DNA of 28,473 nucleotides from positions 1 through 28,473 of IMG/VR virus record IMGVR_UViG_3300030376_003823; one strand, 5' to 3'. This document shows positions 8,142 through 16,030 of this stretch, one piece after another; within the stretch, counting starts at the first letter, position 1, and each line of letters begins with the position of its first letter. The position numbers and the translations under genes were made by a program. The notes under the pieces were generated by a model. It saw only the letters and a program-made list of their open reading frames with translations, was not told the origin of the DNA and searched no databases. Source of the DNA: a virus (Duplodnaviria > Caudoviricetes).

Positions 8142-9884
8142 ATGAAATATTGTTTTGATATAGAAACTGATGGATTATTAAACGACGTTACTAAAATTTG
8201 GTGCATTGTATTAAAAGACATTGATACAAATGAAGTATTTAAATATGGACCAGGAAATGTGCATGATGGTGTTATTAAAATGCAAGGTGCTGAATTATTA
8301 ATTGGTCACAACATTATTGCTTTTGATTTACCAGTAATACAAAAAATATATAAGCATTCCAAAATGAAAGACGGAGTGTTTGATACACTTGTTGCCACTC
8401 GTTTAGTTTGGTCTGATATTAAAGAGCATGATTTTAAAAATGTTAATAAAGGATTCCCAACAAAACTTATTGGTCGTCATAGTTTAAAAGCTTGGGGTGT
8501 AAGATTAGGAAATAATAAACAAGAAATAGAAACTGATTGGTCTGAATTTACTGATGAGATGTTAGAGTATTGTGTGCAAGATGTAGAAGTAACACACACA
8601 CTTTATAAAAAAATAATAGAAAAAAATTATTCACAACAATCATTAGAGCTAGAACACAGCTTACAAAAACTTTGTGTGCAAATGATGCACAACGGTATTG
8701 GTTTTGATTTAGATAAAGCTAAAAAACTTTATGCAAATTTATGTGAACAAAGAAATAATTTAGAACAAGAACTACAAGTCACGTTTCCTCCGTGGGAAGT
8801 TGAAACGCCTTTTACTCCTAAAGTTAATAATAAAAACCGTGGGTATGTAAAGGGCGTTCCTTTCATTAAAAGAAAAGAAATAGTTTTTAATGCTGGTTCA
8901 AGAGATCATATAGTTGATAGATTGAAAACAATTAAAGGTTGGAAGCCAAAAGATTTTACACCTGATGGCAAACCAAAAATGGACGAGGAAATTTTAAATA
9001 CATTACCATATCCTGAAGCAAAATTACTAAGTAAATATTTTGTAATACAAAAGCGTATTGGTATGGTAGCTGAAGGTGCACAAGGTTGGTTGAAACAAGA
9101 ACGCAACAATAGGATATATGGAAGTATTAATACTAATGGAGCAGTAACAGGAAGAGCAACACACTCACATCCGAATATTGCGCAAGTGCCTGCTGTATAT
9201 GCACCTTATGGTAAAGAGTGTAGAGAATTATTTTGCTCACCAAAAGATAAAATATTAATTGGTGTTGATGTTTCAGGTTTAGAGTTACGTATGCTTGCAC
9301 ATTATATGGCTAAATATGATAATGGTGAATATGCAGATATTGTTGTTAATGGTGATATACATACACACAATCAAAAAGCTGCTGGTTTAGAAACACGTGA
9401 TTTATCAAAACGTTTTATTTATAGTTTTCTTTATGGTGCAGGTGCAGCAAAGATAGGTAATGTAGTTGGTGGTAATATGCGTGATGGTGCAAAATTAAAA
9501 AAGAAATTTCTACAACAGATGCCTGCATTAAATATGTTAATACAAACAGTGCAAGATAAAGCTGAACGAGGATATTTAGTAGGATTAGATAAAAGAAAAA
9601 TTGCTGTGAGAGCTGCATTTAGCGCACTCAACACATTACTACAAGGAGGCGGTGCCATTGTCTGTAAACAATGGATTCATGAATTACGTAGTATTTTTAA
9701 TAATGATGTAAAACTAGTTGCGTGGGTTCATGATGAAATAATCATTGAAACAACAAAGGAACTTGCCGATGACATTGCCAAACAAGCAGTTGATGCAATT
9801 GGAAGAGCTGGTGAAAGTTTACAACTTAGAGTTAAACTTACAGGTGACGCCAGAATCGGAAACAATTGGTCTGAAATACATTAA
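8142..9884 (+). CDS. gp5: Family A DNA polymerase with 3'-5' exonuclease (T7 gp5-like)
   Basis: FDIETDG, GHNIIAFD, YCVQDV exonuclease motifs; TGRATH, DVSGLELR (A), KRFIYSFLYGAG (B), VHDE (C); SD AGGAGG. Confidence 0.97.
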   Translation: MKYCFDIETDGLLNDVTKIWCIVLKDIDTNEVFKYGPGNVHDGVIKMQGAELLIGHNIIAFDLPVIQKIYKHSKMKDGVFDTLVATRLVWSDIKEHDFKNVNKGFPTKLIGRHSLKAWGVRLGNNKQEIETDWSEFTDEMLEYCVQDVEVTHTLYKKIIEKNYSQQSLELEHSLQKLCVQMMHNGIGFDLDKAKKLYANLCEQRNNLEQELQVTFPPWEVETPFTPKVNNKNRGYVKGVPFIKRKEIVFNAGSRDHIVDRLKTIKGWKPKDFTPDGKPKMDEEILNTLPYPEAKLLSKYFVIQKRIGMVAEGAQGWLKQERNNRIYGSINTNGAVTGRATHSHPNIAQVPAVYAPYGKECRELFCSPKDKILIGVDVSGLELRMLAHYMAKYDNGEYADIVVNGDIHTHNQKAAGLETRDLSKRFIYSFLYGAGAAKIGNVVGGNMRDGAKLKKKFLQQMPALNMLIQTVQDKAERGYLVGLDKRKIAVRAAFSALNTLLQGGGAIVCKQWIHELRSIFNNDVKLVAWVHDEIIIETTKELADDIAKQAVDAIGRAGESLQLRVKLTGDARIGNNWSEIH

Positions 9885-10239
9885 GAATAGAATTAATAGT
9901 AGAGTAAGAAAAATTAAATACAGAGCAAAAAATAAAGATATTCCATTTAATACTACGTTTGAATATTTATTAGATATTTTCCCAACAAATTTTAAATGTC
10001 CTGCTTTAAATGTATTTATGAATTTTGATGAATACAATCATCAACCAACAATAGACAGAATTGTACCTGAATTAGGTTACGTTGAAGGCAATATTATATG
10101 GGTTAGTTTTATGGCTAATCGCATAATGAGCGATGCTGCTCCTGACGAAGTAAAATTAGTTGGCAAATTTGCTGAAAAAATTTTTAAACAATTTTATCCA
10201 AAACTATACACTAATGTATTAAATAAAAAGGAAGATAAT
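9769..10239 (+). CDS. HNH-like (His-Me finger) endonuclease domain, open in frame into the exonuclease
   Basis: RAKNKDIPF...CPAL...PTIDRIVPELGYVEGNIIWVSFMAN resembles phage HNH-like putative homing endonucleases; ATG 9769 has SD AAGGA (9756-9760) and overlaps the polymerase 3' end; no stop before 10986. Confidence 0.65.
10204..10221. promoter_or_regulatory. Operator-like site, copy 4 (CTATACA-CTAA-TGTATTA)
   Basis: Reverse complement TAATACA-TTAG-TGTATAG matches copy 2; lies just upstream of the exonuclease SD. Confidence 0.55.
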
Positions 10240-10986
10240 ATGAAAAGAAGAACATTATTAATTGATGGCGATATTGTGTTGTATCAAGTTTCATCTCAAT
10301 GTGAAATAGCTACGGATTGGGGTGGTGGTATGTGGACACTACATTCAGATTTAAATCATGGTATTCCATTATTTAATAGACAGATAGAAGCTTATAAAGA
10401 AAACCTACAAGCAGATGATGTTATTATATGTTTAACTGGTTACGATAATTTTAGAAAAAAATTATTTGCTGATTATAAAGCTAACAGGCAAGATAAAAGA
10501 AAACCATTAATACTTGGTGCCTTGCGTGAATACGTTGAAGAACGTCACACATGCTTATGTGAAAATACATTAGAAGCTGATGATGTGATGGGGATGAAAG
10601 CACAAGAAGGTTCATCAGTAGAAGAATATGTTATTGTAAGTATTGATAAGGATATGAAGTCTGTACCATGTTTACTATCATCAGATGGTCATGAAATACA
10701 AACAATCACACAAGAAATGGCTGATTACAATTTTGCTTCACAAACTTTAATTGGCGATAATACAGATAATTTTCTAGGTTGTCCTTCAATAGGACCAAAA
10801 AAAGCTTCACTTATTTTAGATGCAGCTGAAGATGGTTATTGGAACTCAATAGTAAAAGCTTTTGAGAAAGTAGGATTAACAGAAGATGACGCCATTACAC
10901 AAGCACAAATGGCTTACATTTTAAGAAACAAAGATGATTATAATTTTAAAACAAAGGAAGTAAAAATATGGCAGCCGACAGTATAA
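10240..10986 (+). CDS. gp6: 5'-3' exonuclease (T7 gp6-like)
   Basis: LLIDGD, NFRK, YKANR, LEADDVMG, SIDKD, GDNTDNFLGCPSIGPKKA; own SD AAGGA (10228-10232) and ATG 10240. Confidence 0.93.
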   Translation: MKRRTLLIDGDIVLYQVSSQCEIATDWGGGMWTLHSDLNHGIPLFNRQIEAYKENLQADDVIICLTGYDNFRKKLFADYKANRQDKRKPLILGALREYVEERHTCLCENTLEADDVMGMKAQEGSSVEEYVIVSIDKDMKSVPCLLSSDGHEIQTITQEMADYNFASQTLIGDNTDNFLGCPSIGPKKASLILDAAEDGYWNSIVKAFEKVGLTEDDAITQAQMAYILRNKDDYNFKTKEVKIWQPTV

Positions 10987-11204
10987 AAGATTTATTTGAT
11001 GATAAAGTTGATCCAAGTAAAATTGATCCTGAACATTATAATAAACACCCAATACAACCAATTAATTTTATAATTGCTAATAAATTAAACTTCTGTGAGG
11101 GAAATGTTATCAAGTATATTTGCCGTTACAAACACAAGAATGGCATAGAAGATTTAAAGAAGGCAAAACAGTATATTGATTTCTTAATAGATGGTGGTTT
11201 ATGA
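10968..11204 (+). CDS. DUF3310 protein (T7 gp1.7-like nucleotide kinase family)
   Basis: PEHY...FCEGNVIKYICRYKHKNGIEDLKKAKQY signature. Confidence 0.85.
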   Translation: MAADSIKDLFDDKVDPSKIDPEHYNKHPIQPINFIIANKLNFCEGNVIKYICRYKHKNGIEDLKKAKQYIDFLIDGGL

Positions 11205-11440
11205 TTAAAAACAGATACCTCTATAGGAAAAATAGCGGCAAAATAGTGTCTGATGATATTGTTTTACCGGCTAATATTGATGATTTAATCACTTTATTAG
11301 ATAAAACTTTTCCACTTAGCAAACCAGAATTAAGTGCATCATTATCAGATGTGCAGCGTAAAGCTGGACAACGTGATGTAGTTGATTGGTTGATAGACCT
11401 AAAAAAACAAAGGGACACTAATGTGCTTAGCTCGAAGTAA
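11201..11440 (+). CDS. Hypothetical protein preceding the virion genes
   Basis: ATGA overlap with the upstream gene; alternative in-frame GTG at 11246 downstream of the phage promoter. Confidence 0.7.
   Translation: MIKNRYLYRKNSGKIVSDDIVLPANIDDLITLLDKTFPLSKPELSASLSDVQRKAGQRDVVDWLIDLKKQRDTNVLSSK
11209..11234 (+). promoter_or_regulatory. Phage RNAP (late) promoter, copy 1
   Basis: AAACAGATACCTCTATAGGAAAAATA, exact 26-bp repeat of 24411-24436; CTATAGG matches the T7 initiation region; at the start of the structural module. Confidence 0.8.
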
Positions 11441-11687
11441 TACTCCTGCAGTAACTCAAAGACCAGATCCTACAAATAAATATAAGGACGGCAATATTTT
11501 TGATCCACTACCGGAGCCAGAAGAAACCACAACAGATACCTCGTCTACTAATAGTAATAATAACACTAGTGATAACGAAGAGAAACCTCCAGGTTGGGGT
11601 GAAGGTACTATTGGCGGTTTAACTACAGGTCTTACTATACCATCACCTGGTATCAGTGGATGGACAAACGTAAACCCACACAAATAG
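11421..11687 (+). CDS. Small virion protein, Met-Cys N-terminus (gp6.7-like position)
   Basis: Starts MCLARS; low-complexity Pro/Thr/Asn content; SD AGGGA; upstream of portal. Confidence 0.65.
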   Translation: MCLARSNTPAVTQRPDPTNKYKDGNIFDPLPEPEETTTDTSSTNSNNNTSDNEEKPPGWGEGTIGGLTTGLTIPSPGISGWTNVNPHK

Positions 11688-11699
11688 GAGAAAATATAT

Positions 11700-11927
11700 A
11701 TGTGTTTTGGCGGATCAAGTGCTCCTCCTCCACCACCACCAACTCCATCAACACCAGTGCAACCAGATAATCAGGAAGATTTAACTCCTGAAATTGAAAT
11801 TGCAGGTGATGAGGGATTAAGTGCAGAAGAGGAAGAGTTAAATAAGAATAAAACTGGCTCATCAGGATTGAATACAAGTGTTGGCACTGGTTCAATTTCT
11901 GGTGCTGGATTAGAAATACCTAATTAA
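11700..11927 (+). CDS. Small virion protein, Met-Cys N-terminus (gp6.7/7.3-like)
   Basis: MCFGGSSAPPPPPP...GAGLEIP; SD AGGAG; immediately before portal. Confidence 0.75.
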   Translation: MCFGGSSAPPPPPPTPSTPVQPDNQEDLTPEIEIAGDEGLSAEEEELNKNKTGSSGLNTSVGTGSISGAGLEIPN

Positions 11928-11932
11928 TTATT

Positions 11933-13507
11933 ATGCAATATAGTGATAAAACGGCGAAACAACGCTACAATGATATGACTGAATATCGCGAACATTATTT
12001 AAATCGTGGTCGTGAATGTTCTGAATTAACTTTGCCGGCGTTATTACCAGAAGATGGTGTTAATCACACAAGTGATTTATATACTCCTTATCAATCTGTT
12101 GGTGCACGTGGTGTTAATAATTTAGCAAGTAAACTTTTATTATTATTGCTTCCACCAAACCAACCATTTTTTAGATTAAATGTTGACGGCAAAACTAAAG
12201 AAGAAATGGATTTACAACCTGAAATCAGATCTGAAATAGAGAAGTCTTTAGCTAAAATAGAAAGAGAAGTAATGTCAGAAATAGAACAACTGGCAATACG
12301 CGTTCCTGTCTTTGAAGCTTTAAAACATTTAGTTATTACAGGAAACACATTGGTATATATGCCAAGAAAAAATACAATGCGTGTATTTCCTCTTTCACAG
12401 TATGTTTGTAGAAGAGATCCTGAAGGAAACTTATTAGAATTAGTTGTAAAAGAAACTGTATCTCCTTTTACATTTAACGAAGAAGATCAAGAAGAAATAT
12501 TAAAGAACGAAGAAGATGCACAATCAACAGATGAAATAGATTTATATACTCATATATATTTATTACCTAATAAAAAATTCTATGTTTGCCAAGAAGCAAA
12601 TGAATATAAATTACCAAGTTCAGTTGGATCATACACACAAGAAAATATGCCTTGGCAAGTTTTACGTATGGTTCGTGTAGACAATGAAGATTATGGAAGA
12701 GGATATGTTGAAGAATATCTTGGTGATCTTAAGTCACTAGAAGGTTTATCACAAGCACTTGTAGAAAGTGCAGCAGCATCAAGTAAAGTTGTATTTATGG
12801 TAAGACCAAATTCATCAACAAAAAAAAGAGAATTATCAATTGCTAATAATGGTGATATTATTACTGGATCAAAAGATGATGTTTCTACATTACAAGTAGA
12901 AAAACAATATGATTTAAGAGTAGTAGCAGAAGCAATACAGAAATTTGAAGAGCGATTATCATATGCGTTTCTTTTAAATTCTGCAGTACAAAGACAAGCT
13001 GAAAGAGTTACAGCAGAAGAAATAAGATATATGGCAAATGAGTTAGAAACAGCACTTGGTGGTGTTTACTCATTATTGTCACAAGAGTTTCAATTACCTT
13101 TAGTAAAAATACTAATGCAACGTATGTCATCAAAAGGTGATATACCTAAGTTACCTAAAGGTACTGTAAGACCAACAATCATTACTGGTGTTGAAGCATT
13201 AGGAAGAGGAAATGACTTACAGAAATTGAGAGAGTTCACGGCAGAAATTGGACAAATTGCTCAGATGAATCCTGAAGTCGTTCAAATGTTAAATCTAACT
13301 GATTTAATTAAACGAATAGCAACAGGACATGGAATTGATACTGAAGGTTTAATTAAATCTCAAGATCAACTTGCAGCAGAGCAACAAGCCCAACAACAAC
13401 AAATGCAACAACAACAATTAAATGACACAATGCAACAAGCAGCTCCTGGAGTTGCTGGTAAAGTTGCAGACATGGTTGCACAACAACAGGAGATGAATAA
13501 TGGTTGA
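11933..13507 (+). CDS. gp8: Portal / head-tail connector (T7 gp8-like)
   Basis: PYQSVGARGVNNLASKL, YGRGYVEEYLGDL, ERVTAEEIR, LGGVYSLLSQEFQLP, GVEALGRG. Confidence 0.96.
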   Translation: MQYSDKTAKQRYNDMTEYREHYLNRGRECSELTLPALLPEDGVNHTSDLYTPYQSVGARGVNNLASKLLLLLLPPNQPFFRLNVDGKTKEEMDLQPEIRSEIEKSLAKIEREVMSEIEQLAIRVPVFEALKHLVITGNTLVYMPRKNTMRVFPLSQYVCRRDPEGNLLELVVKETVSPFTFNEEDQEEILKNEEDAQSTDEIDLYTHIYLLPNKKFYVCQEANEYKLPSSVGSYTQENMPWQVLRMVRVDNEDYGRGYVEEYLGDLKSLEGLSQALVESAAASSKVVFMVRPNSSTKKRELSIANNGDIITGSKDDVSTLQVEKQYDLRVVAEAIQKFEERLSYAFLLNSAVQRQAERVTAEEIRYMANELETALGGVYSLLSQEFQLPLVKILMQRMSSKGDIPKLPKGTVRPTIITGVEALGRGNDLQKLREFTAEIGQIAQMNPEVVQMLNLTDLIKRIATGHGIDTEGLIKSQDQLAAEQQAQQQQMQQQQLNDTMQQAAPGVAGKVADMVAQQQEMNNG

Positions 13508-14243
13508 AGCCGTTGAAATCAAACAAGAAGAAACTACACAAGAAAAACCTGAAGCTGAAGCACAGCCACAAGTTGAAACAAGACCAGATTGGTTACCAGA
13601 GAAATTTGCAACAGCAGAAGAAATGGCTAAGTCATATTCTGAATTAGAATCTAAAATTGGGCAACCAAAAGAAGAGACTAAAGAAGAAGCAAAACAAGAA
13701 CCGGCAAAAGAAACATTAGAAATAGATAAAGCGGAAGAAGCTGTTGAAGCTGCTGGTTTAGATATGACTCAATTACAACAAGAATATAATGAAAAAGGAC
13801 AGCTTGATGAAAAATCTTATGAGTCATTAGAAAAAGCTGGAATACCTAAAAGTTATGTAGATCAATTTATTAAAGGGCAAGAAGCAATTGCCTCACAATT
13901 ACAGAACACAATTAAAGGTGAAGTTGGTGGTGCAGACAAATACACTGAAATCACATCATGGGCTAAAGATGCTTTAAACCCTACTGAAATACAAGCCTTT
14001 AATAAAACAGTTAACGGTGGAGATCTTGAAGCCGTTAGACTTGCAGTAACAGGTCTTAAAGCAAGATTTGATTCTGCAAATGGAAGTGAGCCAAACTTAT
14101 TATCAGGTAAAGCTAGTAGTGATTCTCCTGGTGGTTATGGTTCGTGGGCACAAGTAACTGAAGCAATGAAAGATGCAAGATACACTGCTGATCCTGCTTA
14201 CAGACAATCAGTGCAAGATAAAATTTCTAAATCAAACTTATAG
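13500..14243 (+). CDS. gp9: Capsid scaffolding protein (T7 gp9-like)
   Basis: Acidic; RPDWLPEKF, AMKDARY..DPAYRQSV; between portal and capsid. Confidence 0.9.
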   Translation: MVEAVEIKQEETTQEKPEAEAQPQVETRPDWLPEKFATAEEMAKSYSELESKIGQPKEETKEEAKQEPAKETLEIDKAEEAVEAAGLDMTQLQQEYNEKGQLDEKSYESLEKAGIPKSYVDQFIKGQEAIASQLQNTIKGEVGGADKYTEITSWAKDALNPTEIQAFNKTVNGGDLEAVRLAVTGLKARFDSANGSEPNLLSGKASSDSPGGYGSWAQVTEAMKDARYTADPAYRQSVQDKISKSNL

Positions 14244-14341
14244 TTGTGCAACATGGTATATGTGGCAACTGCGTAACATAATAAGTCAAATAACTTGACC
14301 CTCTACGGAGGATAATCTTGATTTATAAAACTAGTTTATGT
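14242..14341 (+). promoter_or_regulatory. Structured RNA leader of the major capsid gene
   Basis: Nested stems ACATA/TATGT and ATAAGTCAA/TTGATTTAT enclosing CCTC-TACG-GAGG (UNCG-type tetraloop); upstream hairpin AGTTG...CAACT. Confidence 0.5.
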
Positions 14342-14381
14342 GAAGCTTTTAGAAAACAATATTTAATCATAGGAGATTAAA

Positions 14382-15359
14382 ATGACAGCAGCAAGTCCAG
14401 CTAGTATCGGTCGCGTCAATGCAGCCGGTAGTGAAGACGCGTTATTTCTGAAAGTCTTTGCGGGAGAGGTATTAACCGCTTTCGAAAGATCTAGTGTAAC
14501 GCAAGGCGCAGAAATGGTGAGAACTATTTCTAACGGAAAGTCCGCTTCGTTTCCAGTAATGGGAAGAATTGCAGCGGCTTACCACACACCTGGTGCAGAA
14601 ATTGTCGGAACAGACGTAAATCATAATGAGAAAGTCATTACAATAAACGATTTATTAGTAAGTTCTGCGTTTTTAGCATCAATTGAAGAAGCAAAAAACC
14701 ATTGGGACGTAAGGTCGGCGTATAGTGCCGAGATCGGGAGAGCATTAGCTTTCCAAAAAGATAAACACATCTTACAAACTATTGGTCAGGCAACACTTGG
14801 TAGTGCAAATATAACTGGTGGTGACGCTGGTACAGTATTAACTAATACAGGTATTGCTTCCGCAACAGCAGCTACAGCAGCAAATGCAATGATTGATTCA
14901 TTGTTTGATGCTGCATCTAACTTAGATTCACACTACGTTCCAAAAGAAGGTAGAAAATGTTTCTTAAGATTAGAAGAATACTACAAATTAGCAAATGCTA
15001 CTAATGCAGTTAATATTGACTTTAGTGGTGGAGCTAATGGTGGTGTAGCAGAAGGTAAAGTAATGAAGGTAGCAGGGATTGAATTAATTCCAACTCCTCA
15101 TTTCGTTGCATCAAACGTAAACTCTGGAGTAGATCAAGGATCAGCAACACAAGGTGGATCAAATCCACAAGCTGTTAACTTATCTAACTTCGTGGCTCTA
15201 GTATGTCACCCTTCAGCAGCAGGTACAGTAAAATTAATGGATCTGGCAACTGAAATGGAATATGACATTCGCAGACAAGGTACATTAATGGTGTCTAAGT
15301 ATGCGATGGGTCATGGCGTATTAAGACCAGAAGCAGCAGTAGGTATTAAAGAAGCGTAA
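14382..15359 (+). CDS. gp10: Major capsid protein (T7 gp10-like)
   Basis: ALFLKVFAGEVLTAF, RTISNGKSASFPVMGR, YAMGHGVLRPEAA; SD AGGAG. Confidence 0.97.
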   Translation: MTAASPASIGRVNAAGSEDALFLKVFAGEVLTAFERSSVTQGAEMVRTISNGKSASFPVMGRIAAAYHTPGAEIVGTDVNHNEKVITINDLLVSSAFLASIEEAKNHWDVRSAYSAEIGRALAFQKDKHILQTIGQATLGSANITGGDAGTVLTNTGIASATAATAANAMIDSLFDAASNLDSHYVPKEGRKCFLRLEEYYKLANATNAVNIDFSGGANGGVAEGKVMKVAGIELIPTPHFVASNVNSGVDQGSATQGGSNPQAVNLSNFVALVCHPSAAGTVKLMDLATEMEYDIRRQGTLMVSKYAMGHGVLRPEAAVGIKEA

Positions 15360-15381
15360 GCTTTTTAATTATTACTAAACT

Positions 15382-15408
15382 AAGGGAGCATTATTGCTCC
15401 CTTTTTTT
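15382..15408 (+). terminator. Rho-independent terminator after the capsid gene (T-phi equivalent)
   Basis: AAGGGAGCA-TTAT-TGCTCCC followed by T7. Confidence 0.9.
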
Positions 15409-15424
15409 CATTTTAAGGAAATCA

Positions 15425-16030
15425 ATGACATTTAGAATTACACCAACAACAGAACTAGAAGCTGTTAATACATTATTAAGTATTATCGGCGAAGCTCCTG
15501 TAAGTCAGATTACAAGCAATACAGGTGTTGATGTTTCTATTGCTTTACAAATACTAGGTGAAACTAATGTAGAAGTACAATCAAGAGGTTGGCACTATAA
15601 TACAGAAGTAGAAAAAACTTTAGTACGCGATAGCGATAATAAAATTCCAGTATCAAGTAATGTTGTGCAAGTTGATGCACATAAAGATTACAGACTTGAA
15701 TATGATATTACACTTCGCAACGGATATTTATATGATTTAAAAAATAAAACTGATGTGTTTACAAGCTCAATAATTGTAGATGAAGTTGCAGTGCAACAAT
15801 TTGAACACATACCAGAATACGCAAGAAAATTAATTATTTGTAAAGCCGGTAGAAAATTCCAAGCACGTATGGTTGGATCTTCAGAACTAGCAGGTTTTAC
15901 ACAACAAGATGAAAACGAAGCTACTATAAATGCAGAAAGATCTGATGCAGCAAATGGTGATTACAATTTACTTAGTGGCAACACATCAACCTTTAATATT
16001 ATTAACAGACCAATAAGAAGAAGTTACTAA
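15425..16030 (+). CDS. gp11: Tail tubular protein A (T7 gp11-like)
   Basis: TELEAVNTLLSIIGEAPV, VQSRGWHYN; synteny. Confidence 0.93.
   Translation: MTFRITPTTELEAVNTLLSIIGEAPVSQITSNTGVDVSIALQILGETNVEVQSRGWHYNTEVEKTLVRDSDNKIPVSSNVVQVDAHKDYRLEYDITLRNGYLYDLKNKTDVFTSSIIVDEVAVQQFEHIPEYARKLIICKAGRKFQARMVGSSELAGFTQQDENEATINAERSDAANGDYNLLSGNTSTFNIINRPIRRSY

Noticed and set aside
9841-9884. Programmed +1 frameshift making a Pol-HNH-exonuclease polyprotein
   Set aside because: Frames overlap but no recognisable slippery site; the polymerase ends at the normal W..H C-terminus and an SD-ATG explains the downstream ORF.
12371-12387. AATACA-ATGCG-TGTATT in the portal gene as a fifth operator
   Set aside because: Spacer is 5 bp rather than 4 and the site is mid-gene; likely chance in AT-rich DNA.
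13382-13420. CAA-rich poly-Gln tract at the portal C-terminus
   Set aside because: Gln/Met-rich tails are ordinary in T7-like portals.
14295-14316. TTGACC...GATAAT as a sigma70 promoter for the capsid gene
   Set aside because: Spacer is only 10 bp.
15340-15400. T7 10B-type capsid frameshift extension
   Set aside because: No clear slippery heptamer, and stops plus the terminator follow immediately.
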